Shown here one piece after another: positions 31,666 through 45,371 of a DNA stretch of 64,000 nucleotides. The first letter of the stretch is position 1. Every line of letters begins with the position of its first letter. Source of the stretch: Tubiluchus corallicola (lineage: Eukaryota; Animalia; Priapulida). The notes beneath the pieces were generated by a model. The model was not told the origin of the DNA. It made no database searches and was given only the letters and a program-made list of their open reading frames with translations. The stretch is taken from the NCBI GenBank assembly GCA_030141605.1, contig JAQGDQ010000004.1, positions 1,860,001-1,924,000 on the forward strand. The letters are read 5' to 3'. Both the position numbers and the translations under genes were made by a program.

Positions 31666-33253
31666 TGCCAGTCACACGTAGTTTAATAACTGTCTTTTTG
31701 CAACTTCTGACACGTGTTCTTTTTTCGCAATTTGACAAAGAGGACGCATCCTTTTCTTTCTAATGCGCATGTGGTTTTCTCGTAAATTGATGGACAAAAA
31801 GAGTGCATGCATTTGCTGCTAATGCACGCGTGGTTTTCTAGTAATTTGATTAGACAACAAGGACGCATAATTTTCTTGCTAATGCACGCAAACGTCTGTC
31901 TGTCCATCTACCTTTTCTCGCATTGGAGCAAGGTAGGAAGTTGATATTTCGCACAGAGGTAGCGCATTTTTCAAGCTCGGTGTCAAATAATTTTTGGCCC
32001 CATAGGCGCGGATTTGATTTTTTACAGTTTTTTTAAGATCTGCACAGAACAATAGACGATGTAATAAAAATATGCTTGCGCTGTAATGGGTTTATGCTTG
32101 CCGCGATTATAGAATTATTGGTTCTACTATTGTACTGTTGCTACTATTTCTTGGTCTTAGAATTAATGTAGGAAGTTGATACCTCGCAGAGATGTAAGGC
32201 ATCATTCAAGCTCAGAGTCAACTATACAATTATCGGCCTGACTGTCCACTTGTCTCTTGCCACTTTTTCCCAGCTTTGGAGTAACCTAGAAAGTTGGTAT
32301 CTCGCACAGTGGTAGGACATGCTTCAGACTCAAAGCCATAAATTTTGGAGTCAACTGGCACAGAATTTTATTTTTATAGTTATTGCAGATTCGCATAAAG
32401 CAAGTTAGCATATTGAAGTTTTGCAGCTGGTAAGCCCACCCCGCTCAGGTGCACGTGGTCGATAAACACTAATACAGCTAAGTGATTTTTGATCCATTAG
32501 CAGGGAATCAGGTAACAACGATCACTAATGCGCGTACAGTCTCCATGTACATTGTTTAATAGATAATTTTAGACAATTTTACAATTTACATTTCATATGT
32601 TCGATGCTGGGGAAAGGTTAAACTTTTTTTGTTAAAGCCTGTGGTAAGAGATGCATTGCAAATTAAGTTGTATTTGCTTTGGCATTGTGTTATTAGACAC
32701 TGTTTTCGTCTTACGCTTAACTTGTGTATTGTGATCGTCAGCTAAATCGGTTTATTAAAAATTGCTTGTCGGTCCCTGTTATAGTACAGCTGGTAAGACT
32801 GGTATACAGCTAGTTTAGCGGCAAAATTCATAGGGGGGAAAATGTTCACAAAAGCAGGATCACGCATGCTTTTCGAAGGTTCGCGTCGCTCTTGCGAAAA
32901 GGAAAACATTTTGCGAAACCTTTCGTCCTTTTTAGAAAGCACGCGTGCTTTCCGAAATCTCGCATCTTTTAACTAAATCACGCGTCATTTGTTTTGGGAA
33001 GGCGGAATCAAGAAAAAGAAAGCTTGAAGTTTTTTATCCAATCATATTCTCAGAAAAACGATACGTCATTTCCAGAAAGATGCGTGTTTCTCACAAAAAA
33101 ACACGTCCCTTTTATCCAATGAAATTGCGAGAAAAATGACTCGTGCTTTTGCAGAAAAAGCACTTAGATAGTGGGCGGGAATAGTAAATATAGGTGAAGT
33201 TAGGAAATAACACGTGCAGCTATTATAACACTTGAATGCACGTGTAAATGGCA
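31666..33253. mobile_element. Old DNA element with long degenerate inverted arms
   Basis: gtgccagtcacacgtag..taataactg (31666) vs reverse complement of the 33253 end, gtgccatttacacgtgc..taatagctg. Arrays of cacgcg/gacgca words at 31700-31900 are mirrored at 32860-33160. Interior has three copies of 'gaagttgatat.tcgcacag' (~31937, 32172, 32289). Confidence 0.4.
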
Positions 33254-33547
33254 CTACAATCCTCTACAGATAATGGCTAATAAGCTGATGCTAATGCAGA
33301 AAACACTAACAATAAAATAACAAATTTGAACATTAAGAATATTTTAAAACAGCACAGACATGGTCGTTTGAAAGCCCGTGTACAAGACTAACTGAGAAGG
33401 CATTCATTTGGGAATACAAACGTTGCTGCTACATTATTAACCAGTACAGCTGAATCAGAAACTAGGCACATAAGTGGTTTAATTAAGTATGTATAATATA
33501 ACATGGATGAGGCAGACTATAAAGTAAAATTTCTGTAGATACTCCAA

Positions 33548-34441
33548 TCATGCTCTTGCTCTACATTTTACAATATTTCTAAAGGCTGCTTTAAATTTGT
33601 TATTAGAAAATGCATATACTATTGGATTTGCAGCACTATTGCAATAGCCAAACCACAAAATTATGTCTACAGTAGTTTCTCCTATACCTGTTGCACGTCC
33701 AAAGTTAACAACTGAAAAGAAAGAAAACGGGCCCCAGCAGGTGACAAAAACAATGGTTATTATAATTAAAACCTTGGTAGCTTTCATTTCCATGACGTTT
33801 CTGTTGCACATCTGACCCTGATTGCAAACTTGTAAGATTTGTCGCCGAGCAGTTCTCCATATGACAGCATAGACCAAAAGTATCACAACTGTGGGCACAT
33901 AAATCATTAGAATGGCACTCCACAAATACAAACTTTCTATTTCAAAATAAAGAGCAATGATAAATGAATCAACTACAGAGAAACACCATACAAAAAATAA
34001 TGTGCCAGCTATTGTTTGCCTTGTGACATAGACATTATACTTATATGGATGTAAAACAGCAAAGTACCTTTCAGCAGCGATAAAACAGAGGTGCAAGATG
34101 CTACAATGAACTGTACAAACAGAAATAATTATTCTTGCTGTATAATATGTAGGGGATATAATATAAAGTCGATGAGTCCCATAAAGAATGACATGAACTT
34201 TCATTGGCGTTGTCAGCCCTACTATCAAATCTGTCACTGCAAGCGATACAATCAAAGCATTCATTTTTGTTTGTAGCTGTTCGTTAACATAAACTGCAAC
34301 TAGAACTGCCAAGTTTCCAAGAATTACAACAACACAAGTCAGTCCATATAACACAGCAATAACAACAGTAAAGAGTCTATCGCTAACGTTCGCTGTCTCG
34401 CTGTTTAACCACACTGTAGTCCAATTACTACTATTAGACAT
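33548..34441 (-). CDS. Class A (rhodopsin-like) GPCR with intronless CDS, orphan, amine/TAAR-like superfamily
   Basis: 297 aa; N-glycosylation sequons in the N-terminus; seven hydrophobic segments with GN (TM1), SLAVTD (TM2), AERY (TM3, DRY variant), W (TM4), P..Y (TM5), CWGPF (TM6), NSAANPIVY (TM7) and helix 8 FKAAF. Probable 5'UTR intron (donor cag|GTAAGT at 35148, acceptor at 34466-34465). Confidence 0.93.
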   Translation of the reverse strand: MSNSSNWTTVWLNSETANVSDRLFTVVIAVLYGLTCVVVILGNLAVLVAVYVNEQLQTKMNALIVSLAVTDLIVGLTTPMKVHVILYGTHRLYIISPTYYTARIIISVCTVHCSILHLCFIAAERYFAVLHPYKYNVYVTRQTIAGTLFFVWCFSVVDSFIIALYFEIESLYLWSAILMIYVPTVVILLVYAVIWRTARRQILQVCNQGQMCNRNVMEMKATKVLIIITIVFVTCWGPFSFFSVVNFGRATGIGETTVDIILWFGYCNSAANPIVYAFSNNKFKAAFRNIVKCRARA

Positions 34442-36742
34442 TTTGCTATTAAATTTTATCTGAACTGTAATAAATATACTATTACTTGAAACTGCACAAT
34501 TTGGTATTGCTGTTATCCAAAATTTGAATTTTTCTTGCTATCATTTATTCACATGAGCACAATTCCATTGTTACGGAATCAACTATATTTTGTACCAATA
34601 CACAAAAACATATCGCAATTGTAATTAACATAGTAATGTAATAGTCATTAACTAGCAATACTGTTGGCAGTTTTTGACAGTTACTAAAAAGAAAGTGGTG
34701 GCACTAGCACAATCATTATTGCACGACCTAACATCTTCCCAGTATAGCTGTTGTCATTTTTATTTGACCTATTTGTCATCCTTAGTGACAAAAAGCTGAA
34801 AACAAACAGAAAAATCAATGCAAACACATTAACTTGCCATGCTGAACATGAGTAATAAAGCTTGATATATCACTACCGTAATGCAAATATCATACAGAAC
34901 ACCATAAGCAAGGAAATAACAATGGCTTGGGGACTGCATTAAATGACTCTCCAGTTTCCATTTAACGGCTGGTTTTAAGTAATTCTAACCCTTGTAACAA
35001 TATCAAAGTGCAGCAGAGAAGAGCACTGAATAAGTGTCAAAAAGTGCTTCATCAAAAAAAATTAAATAAGCTAAACTATGCATTGGTCTGTTATGCCTGA
35101 TTTAACTAGACGAGAATTTCAAAACAAATATAATTTCTACTAACTTACCTGACGTTCCTTGCAGTCCATCAGCAGGAATCAACTTAAGCACTACCTTGAC
35201 TGCTGTGCTTTACTTGTATCCAAGTTCCACTTGTTTTGGTACATTTTGCAATTCTCGTAGCAAAATAAATAAATAAGCCTGACAAATTTTGTTTGATTCA
35301 ATGCTAAATTTTCTACATACCAGACATTAAAATTATACTTTTAAAATTAAAATAATACTTCAGAATGAGTTTATGTTGATGATATGTATGCAGTAGAAAT
35401 TTCTGTACTGGCAAGAAATTTGCGATATAAGATACAAAAAATCTACTAAGTGGAATAACAATGACCATGCTCAATTGCAACATTAAACTGTTAGTTGTAT
35501 GTGAACAAAATAATCTAGAAGCCCTGAAAATTTTAAATAATTGTTCAGAATGTAACATATCAAACCTTAACCCCAACAAATACAATAGAGCTATTCTGAC
35601 AGACTTAGTAGCTAAGATGATCCAAAAACATATCACTAATTAGTAATTCACAACTCAAAAAAGGCCTGCGAGACATCTGCGGGATATGTTGAAGGATCAT
35701 GGGTTCGATTTCATCTCTTCAAGTTTCTCATCATATTGATCGGGACTGCCAACTAAGTGAGATGCGCAAGGCTTCCACATTAAATTTTGATTCCATAATA
35801 GATTATTTGTTGATTCAGCAGTAGTTTGATGTAATCAGCAGCAATAAACTATTATTTGTGTTTTTTGTACTCCCCTAGTAAAAGGTGTAGATTACATCTG
35901 CTCCATGGCCTGCAAAGTCGCTATTGTTAATTATACCAAATTAACCAAAAATCAGTCACATTTTTCCAGCGTCTGGACCTGCTTTACAATGAAATGTACA
36001 ACATATAGGTCCGCCCAATTTTCATTACATGTGAACTGTTCGTAGTCCTCAGTTTGTTCGTTCAGTTTGTGCTAGTAGCTTGCGCTAACAGGCTAGATGA
36101 GTGAGGTACTTAGCAGGCCACAAGTGCCTTTGCTAATAAATTTAATTGCAAAAAAAATAATTCTACATATTTGTATGACTTAGTTTCTCTGCAAAACTAA
36201 GAATTAGTTTTGCAGAATTAGTTTCACTGTGCAAATGATGACCTAAGAAAAGACCTCAGAATATCCTCAGAAACTGCTGCATGCAAAAGACTAGGCAGCA
36301 GTGAGTTGAGATTTTAAGCATCTTTGGCTCATCATACATTAATATGGTAAAAACACACTAACAGTAGCAGTAGTAGTACTAATAAATTTATTATCAGAAC
36401 CTGTGCAGCTATTGGATAGAGAAAGTTTTCAAGTAAGAAAATGCGGAAAATAAATGTTTTGTTTTCATTAACCGAAATTTCGCACCAACGTATAAATACC
36501 CTATATTACAGTAAGTAACCTGCCAACTTTACTTTAATTATCAAAAAAAGAAAAAAGAAATAACTAATATTTGTATATTTATTCACCTTAGCATACCACA
36601 AACATTGCTATCTCACTAGAACATCACCAATAATAGTAACTGGTTATACGTGGTTTAAAAAAGGAATGTAAATGTAAACATAAATAAATAAATATAGTTT
36701 AAAAATTGATGATTCCCTCGTTGTGCATAAGTGAAACTGTAT

Positions 36743-39700
36743 TCATTCGATGCCATGTGCAAAGATCATCACTAGTCCTGGGTTAAGTATCATATCGTCT
36801 GGTACATGTTGGTTGTCACAGCTCATCACAATCACTGCCTGTTTCCCTGCAAATAATTACCTTACAACAAAACTTGAAATCAAAAGTTGATAGTTATTAC
36901 GGCCATCACTTTCCTGATCATCTGACATGTGAGTGTCTCAAAGTATAGGAAGCTTGATGAGGGAAGCTTTAATCTACACAAGAAAAAATTACAACTATAA
37001 TAACTACACAATCAAATCATTGCTAGACTGATGTACTTAGAAGACATGCAACAAAATCTGCTGGTAATGTATTTTTAATCTCTGTAACTCAAGAAAAGAA
37101 ATTAATTCTTAATTTACCTGGTACCCGCTTTGTGACATAATTGTCATACTGCCTACGATTCATTTGCCGTGTTTCTAGAGTGTTTAGACCGGGTGGCCAT
37201 TTCCGTTCGTGAGCATTTTCCATGAGCTGGTTGAGTATGTATGGCGGGCATCCTGATTCAGCAAGAGACCTTTTAATTACAGCCTGCAAGACAGCATCTG
37301 GTGTGGATATCATGCCACCCCAGCGTGTCACCCTTGCTGGTTGAAGTGACTGAGCCCATCTAAAAATTCAGGAGACGTTCAAAACCAAGCTACTGTTTCC
37401 AAACATATTATGCCAAGGCTGTAAATATTGCTTTTATTTTGGCATTAATAGTTTTTGAGAAATTAAACTGATTATCCATTTAGAATTTACTCAAATAAAA
37501 TATGCTATAAGAAACTTATGATTCTCTAAAATTCGCATGCTTTACATGCTAGAATCTGAATAAAAAATTTACAAAGAATTATCAGTGTAAGTAGAATCAC
37601 AATCCTGCACACCAACCAATAGAATTTATTCCAGATGAATTTTAATTAAGTGTTTAAAAACACTTCTGACAAAAGTTTGCTAAGCTAACAGAAGATTAAT
37701 CTTAAACAGATTTAGGAAGGCATTCATAAGTGGAATAAATCATTTTTAGTGTTGCATAAAATGTGTTTAAGTTACAGGAACTGCTGGGTAATCTGATTAC
37801 TATATGAAACATATACAAACCTGACAACTTCATCATTTTCCATTTGGTCAGTAAGAGCTCTTACAGAGGGATTCGTCGTTCTCATTGCACGCATAAAATC
37901 CTGTAAAAATACTTAATTACACTACTCTGGGAAAGCCAGATACTTTTTCATGATTTTATTACTAAAGCATGCAATCGATGATTCAGATTATCACAGGAAA
38001 AATCATTGCAGGTTAATATGAGTACTGCATGTAATACAGAATATCAAAAATATTTATCCTTGGTAATTACACAGATTATACAAGAACACAATTTAATATA
38101 AATCCACAGTAACACGTGTTGCTTTAATTTTAAATGTCAGTCAGGTCATCTGCATTTTTTTCCATTTTCAAGTTCTAGGCTCATTTGACAAAAATATGTT
38201 TAATCCACATTTAGAGGTTTACCTCATCATCTATTCTTAGTACCTACTGATTTTACTAAAATAGACGTTTCCTAAATCAATATTACACACACCTGCTGCA
38301 CAAGTATATTTGAACAACTTATAAGAAAAGTGACCAGTATTTAGTCTTTCTTTGTATCTTTCAAAGCAAGGTGCTCTTTTGCTTAATCAAATATTCGGCT
38401 GCTAACTTTCTGGGGACAAGCCATAAAATTTAGTAATAGTTGTTTTTTCCTGTTTGTGGAAACACATTAGCGGGTGTTAGAAACTTCACACCAGCTTTCA
38501 TATTTGCGTGCTTAAAGTTATTTGCTTTGACTTCTACCAAATTTGTATAAATACTATGTATAAATATACATCAGAAATATTAAACAAATAAAAAGTTTGA
38601 AAGCTCGTGGACAGATGCAAAAGGTTGCATAATTTACATTCAGTGTGCCATATAATAATCATGTTTTCGTCATGAAACACTGTAATTCTACCACGAAAAG
38701 CTGCAAACATACCTTTAGCAATTGTAATTCCTGTCTTTGTTCATTTAATTGAGTCTTGTGGTTCAAAAGCTCCTGTTGTAGATCTGCTATTTGCGCCTGT
38801 GTTGATACCACAATGGCTCTCAACTCTCGAACACAATTATGATCCTGTAAAAGCATTACAATCTAAAAAACATTCTAGTATAATACTGCACAAAAATTTC
38901 AAGCAGGACATAAAATATAAGACAAAAAATATAGTAAAAATTTAACTTATTGTGGCTAAAATATCCCCAACACATCTTTAGAGGCATCCCTGAAATCGCA
39001 GCTGTTTTTGCAGTATCAAACTGGAACTTGAAATTATTAAGATTAAGTCGAGATGAATAAATTATGAAAGCAGTTGTCATGCAATTGCTAGCAAGCCTAA
39101 GCAGAATTAATAGTTAGGAAGTATGTTTTTCAATGCTAAATCCTTGTCTATGTCTTTTACATTGTTTGTGTTACAAATCTGCTTTGGTATGACAAACCAA
39201 CAAAATAACAAAATTACTGTTTAAACATTTACAAACTATGAATTTATTAGTATGTAGTTCACCCATATAAGCAATATAATAATGAAATAAAAAATTACAA
39301 AGAAAATTTAAAATACAATACTAAACTTAGCATGTTAACAGACACAATTGAGAAGTGCATTTATGCTGTTTTTTTTGTTACCAAAGGTACCAGGACAAAA
39401 GTGCACAGCACATTATAGAAGGAGTTAAATATAAATCCAGCTGCATAAAAATTCAAGAGTAAAAAACCAATGACCAAATTTATATACACACCATTTAGAA
39501 TAACATTATGAGAATTTGTAAGTTATGTAACTGAGCTTAAAACTTATTCTAACTTCAAAACGAAACTCTGTAAGCTACTAGAACACTAGTGGGTTCCCCC
39601 TAGAATTAACTAGCAAGAGGTTAAACTTCATTTATTAAAATACATTTACAGTTTTTTAAACTTTCATACAATCTGGTCAACAATTTAAATTTAGTCTACT

Positions 39701-41686
39701 AATTTGGGCCTTCAAATCTTTCTTTTCTTGCAACTGTTTTAATAAAAAAGTATCATATTTTAAAATACTTAACTATTGTTGCTATCCAATTAAAGTTTGT
39801 ATAGCCTAACTTTCATTTAGAAAGCAACCTGCTATCATAATTGCAGTACTTCGTGTAACACCTAAAACAGATCTGATATAAAAATGTGTAAAAAAACTAA
39901 CCTTTACTTCATCTTTGGGTATAACCAATCCGCAGCCATTGTCACATTCAGTTGGCCTCTTTGGGTTAAACTGGCATTGGTCAAGATGATGAGATAGGTG
40001 ATCGAGCTTCACAACAGTAGAACATCCATGCACAGCATTGTTACAATTAATATGAAGTCTTGAAAGAAGATTACGCAATATACGAGGAACAGGTTTCAGC
40101 TGATTTGACAAAATGGTCTGAAAAATCAATGAAGCTTTTCATAGTTAAAAGTAGAAAGAGAAGCCCTATCTAAAATGTAAAAAGTATTTTGGTTTGGACT
40201 TAACAGACCGTAGTTCAATTTGGTCTTACTCATTATCGAGTTGCAGGAAAACGACTATTAAAAATTTTATTTATAAATCAATAAATAGCACAAAATAGTT
40301 CAGAAAAGCAGTTAAAGTTACTGTGTAGATCTTCCACTGTTTCGTTTTGAAAAATATTTGTGTTTAAGATCTGAACTCCTCTTCCTCGTAAACAAAAATA
40401 TGGGCGCGAGAAGGCTCTGTCCTTGTGCAATTTAAACAGCAGACTCAGTCAAAACTTTGTAGCCTGTATAAACAAACTTGACTTGGTACACACTTTGTAA
40501 ATACACAATGTTCAGCATTCAGTTCCATTACTGCATTGTAATAGTACAATTTAATCATTCCCTATTCTTCTATATGTAAGCAAAATCTTGTAAACAATTA
40601 AAATAAATCAGCAATAATTTAATTGATTGCGGTACCTGTCTATCAACAGGACATGTTTGCTGTCTAGACAACCATTCGCTGATGCAGCTGGAGCAGAACG
40701 CATGTTCACACTGTGGTGCCTAAAAACGAAACAATAAGAAGTACAATAATTTTTCAATTGCTTCAATAGCCTTGTGACATTTTTGCTTCCTAATATACAT
40801 TAATCCAATCGCTGATAATTCTTTTATAAAATAGATAGGCTATGTTTACTTTTGGATTCCCAAAAAACATGACTAAACTGATTGCAGCAACTGCTCAAAT
40901 TGAAACCAAATTGCAGCTATAACCTGCACAATTGACATATATGTCATACAGTGCACCCAAAACTGATCGACCACATGTTAAGTAAATGTGGTGAAAATCC
41001 TGATGCAATTTTGTGTCCCTTCTCGCCATCATTGGGTATTTCTGATGAACAAACAAACTACAACAGTACCCTCATCCACTAAAAGTACAGTGGATCCAAT
41101 GGGAAGAATCTATGTACCAGTTATGTGAAACTATCTGGTTCAAGCATAAAACTACATTTAAAATAAATGTACAGTGTGCAACATAAGATGAAGATAAGTT
41201 GAAATGGAATGATCAAGTAGATGTGTAGTAAAATAAACAATAAACAATGAAAAACAAAAAGCTATTCTAAAGCCATAACTTTACATAAACTAGTGCATTT
41301 AGTCAGTCTTACCTATTTTAAAATGCATCTGCTTTAAGGCATCATAAATTTAGTAAAAAAATAATTTTACAAAAAAGCCAGACAGGAAACAGATGTAGCA
41401 AAATAACATAAATGAACAAAAAGCCGTTACAATTTAAAATAGAACCTAGTGCATTTAGTCAGTGTAACCCAATTTTACATGTATCCCATTCAAGGAGACG
41501 TAAATTTTAGTAAAAAAACAATTAAGTAAGAAACAAAAGCAAGTAAGTAACAGCTACTAAACAAGTTTTATGAAAGCACCTGCAATACAGGCCTACCTGC
41601 AATGGATCCTCCAGGACCCCACTGCATATTGGGCAGAGAAGTTCCTCATCTACCTCTCCACGGAATCGCCCCACATCGTAACCCAT
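36743..41686 (-). CDS. RNF41: E3 ubiquitin-protein ligase NRDP1 (RING finger protein 41), 7 coding exons, 315 aa
   Basis: Exons 41686-41597, 40719-40636, 40117-39902, 38844-38713, 37900-37821, 37359-37118, 36846-36743; all GT-AG and in phase. MGYDVGRFRGEVDEELLCPICSGVLEDP, CEHAFC..CISEWL..CPVDR, VTRWGGMISTPDAVLQ, NAHERKWPPGL, PGLVMIFAHGIE*. Confidence 0.97.
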
Positions 41687-42880
41687 GGCACACTATAGTG
41701 TGGATACAACTAATCTTTTTGTGTAGAATTTATAGACAGCAGAAAAGTAGCAGTGACCTAAGAATTGAAGTAATCGTTATCTCCTACTAAAATAATATAG
41801 ATGAAAAAATATTGTGGGTTATATATTTCGGAATTTGGAGCTAAGTATTGAAAACTGTTAAAATAGAAATCAAGTTCTTCTGTAAAAAATTCTGTATACT
41901 TCTTTGATGAGATTTTCAAGAAAATAGTAATTTAACACCACAACATAGTACCAAGCATTTTAAATGAATATCCTAGTGTATTAAACTGTGTCAAAGGACA
42001 CATGTTGTATACAATACATTTTAAAGGTATGTGTATGTTAATTTTTCTTTTCTAAGTCGTTACTACATAACAGAAATAAATATATTATATATAACACAAT
42101 TATTATTTAGACTCATTTCCAGGCATGCTCTTGTAGTTTACGTGCTGGTCTGCAATGTAACTCAAAAGCCTATAAGCATAAAGTATAACAGACTATGTAT
42201 GGTGAGTGCAAACATTCTGATTAGATCTAATAAACATTCTAATATCTAAAGAGGACTTGCATATGCTGCACTCAATAAAGTACAGCTTCAGCATTAAGAA
42301 CCCTAACATAAGACTGAAAAGAAAAGAAACTTTGATATACTCTGTTTATAAATGTTGCACTAAAAAGCTTCAATTTTTGTTCTTCACTTAGACATGAATA
42401 TTAACTTTTAACACCACAAAAATTTCATTTTTTATACTAACTTCTGTAAAAGATGTCTAAAATGGTCTAAAATCATAAAAAATGCATCGTTTTTAGGACG
42501 TTGTTATGAATGTAGATGGCACTTCGCCATTTCCCTAGATTAGTGCAATTCCTAATCTGACCTTGATCCATACTAGTTAAGCATTATTATACTATTAAGA
42601 TTTTTTAAAAAAGAAAGCTAGTTAGTTAGTAATCACTCAGGCTTGAGTAATTACGCTAACATTTAACAATGCTAGAATACTGCTGAGATGTTAGGAATGA
42701 AGCACAACTTAACTTGATCACAAAAAGCAGGCTTGAGGAACTAAACTGAAATTCAAAGTTCCTGCCAGGTTTAAACCTAGACTGGCTGACTCTCTCTCCA
42801 TATTGCTTTCTTTCAGCCAAATTTAGGTTCAAAATCTGATAAATTCGTATCATAATTATTATGATTGAATGAAGTTGTAT

Positions 42881-43800
42881 GGCGCCGAGTAACCCACTAG
42901 CCGAAGTAGGACACTTCCGGTAAAACGCATGTGCTAAATTTGCGGAAAAGCAATGTCGTACATGGGCAGTTTAAGTAGGGCATTGGCGATTTTTGACGAG
43001 AATTATGATGACATAATAAAACGTAAAACTAAATTTGTTTTACAAAAAATGTAACTTTATAATAATGATGGATGACAATTTACAAAATTAATGTATTTTT
43101 ACAATAGTATCATCAGTATTATTAGCTCCATTAAAATCATCATAACATTAAACTAAGTATCTAATGCTTTAAAGAGAGAAACTATGCACACAATTATTAC
43201 AGAACTAATAGCAAGTTTAAAAATGAAACAGATGCTACTAAGCCTTCACAACACAAAAAATTAATTTTTAACTTTTTAGGAAAAGCAAAGACAATTAGTT
43301 TTAATAATATCATGTAGAGCACATAGGCGCTAGAATGCTGCTTAGTTAAGAGAAAACAATTATTTGTCCAAGAGGTAGTGAAACGAATCACCTGTCTGTG
43401 AAGCGAGACAAAATAAAAAATGATATGCCTTAAACAAAATTTAATGTTGAACTTGCCTAAAAAGTGGATTTATTTCACTTCAACAACATTAATATCGAAG
43501 CCAATTTAATATTGTCTGTTCTACCAGCTCAGAATAAAATTCTTTTATTTTATCAGATGTATAATAAATTATTCAACGTGTATTGACGTTTTTAATAATA
43601 ATTATTATTATTACGTAAACAAGGACAATGGACAGTGCCAGTACGCTTAACAACTCAATTTGCGACCTGTCTCTAGTGTCCTACTTGGGCAGCCCATGCA
43701 CGACACGTCCTACTTGGGCTAGCCTATGTACGATACATCCTACTTGGGCTAGTCCATGTACGCCAATTGTCCTATTTCGGCTAGTGGGTTACTCGGCACC
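42881..43800. mobile_element. MITE (920 bp) with 33-bp TIRs, possibly PIF/Harbinger-like
   Basis: ggcgccgagtaacccactagccgaagtaggaca (42881-42913) vs reverse complement of 43768-43800 ggtgccgagtaacccactagccgaaataggaca (31/33). Three subterminal tcctacttgggc repeats at 43679-43760. TSD not evident, so the superfamily is uncertain. Confidence 0.75.
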
Positions 43801-43815
43801 CAACAAAGTAACAAT

Positions 43816-45019
43816 CAGGGGCATCGTGCACCCAAAAAAATGGGGGGGGGGCGACTATAATGGCAGATTTTAACTGTTTAAATTTGAATTTTAAATTTTG
43901 AAAATTTAATTTTTAAAAAAAATAAACAGTATTTTGCGTGCAAGAAAAACGATTTATTTAACATGGCATTTAACTTAAAGCTATAGCAACGGAAACTTAA
44001 TTAAAATTAAAAATTAAATTAAAATTTAATTAAGTATTTATCAGCTGTCAGGAATCCGACGCAGAACCAACGACGCAGAGCATCAATATCCTTTACGTAT
44101 TCCAACCAGGACCTATAGTTGAACCACTGACCCTGAAATGATCTCGATTTTCCTCCCATTTTGGTCTTTGGGTATGCATCCACTACGTCCCGCAATGGCC
44201 CGCGACGGATGTACTCATCCTTTTGGATTCGTTCTGTTGGAATCGACGTTACAGTAGATACAGACGCCGTAGAACCTGGGTCGGGAACACGGTTGGACTT
44301 GAAAGATGAAGTCAGATTGGACTGCCTTGACATCGTTTAAGAAATATAGCTAAAATCGCAGCGAAAACTAGCAAAGATTTTCCTAGCAGCAGAAAAATGA
44401 TGAAATGTGCTCAAAATCACGCCCTTTTATGCAGCAAACTCGTGGGAAAGAGTCACTAAGGAGTAGCAAAGAGTCGGTATTGTCCAATCAGGAGGTGGCT
44501 GAGCCGTGGCTCATCAATTGGTATCTCCCAAACCGACTCTCTGGTACTAGGCTAGCTCGACAAACTGACTCTCTGGTACTAGGCTAGCTCAACATGACTT
44601 CAATGTTTGCATTGTTTTTGCTCTATTATTTCACTTATTCTCTATTATAACACACTGCTGAACGAAGCTCGAGTGCTAGCTGAGCCGTTTTGTTAACTAA
44701 CAGTCTTTTGTGCAAAGACGCTAATGCTACTAAACGAGCTGCTTTGTTAACTATTCCTGCCTGCCTCCTGAATAGATAGATTACAGGCAAACAAATTAAC
44801 TACATCCTGACTTTCAGGTAAACACATACTCATGCTCATACTGTTCGCATTTATGGAGCGCTGGCCGCGTGTCAAAAAGTCGGAAATAAATTTGCTTACC
44901 GGTCTCATTATGAGCCGCTGACCCCTTCAAATTTTTTTACATTTTTACAATTTTTGACATTTCTAAAAAAATTGGGGGGGGGGGCGGGCCCCCCGGGCCC
45001 CTATGGCACGACGCCACTG
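43816..45019 (-). mobile_element. Internally deleted hAT transposon (1,204 bp) retaining a transposase N-terminal fragment
   Basis: TIRs CAGGGGCATCGTGC / reverse complement CAGTGGCGTCGTGC; perfect 8-bp TSD GTAACAAT (43808-43815, 45020-45027). ORF 44019-44333(-) contains GP...YPKT....RSFQGQWF...WLEY....DA...FC, the TTF-type zinc-finger start of ZMYM1-like hAT transposases. Confidence 0.9.
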
Positions 45020-45371
45020 GTAACAATGCGATTACAAATCTATTTTGGGCCAAATTTACGCTGTTTCTATAAAAAGATCTTACTGACTCTTCAGATGATG
45101 TATTTTTGAAGATTCTGATTAGCATCTTAACCTCACTTTAGACAGTTAAGTTTCCATCAAGTATTTAGAATAGCATAGTTTATTTATTCCAAAGCCAGTT
45201 TACATAAAATGACATAATTTTCAATGAGCAAGGGAAATTATTGGTTCAAATCAAAAGTAAAACGTGTAAGATCTGAGCCGAATAGGCGATATGGAATAAT
45301 GGGGTGCAGGAGGTGCAAAATAAAAGAGGAAAATCATAAAAGGTTGTGAATGTGAAGATGTGGCGACAAAG

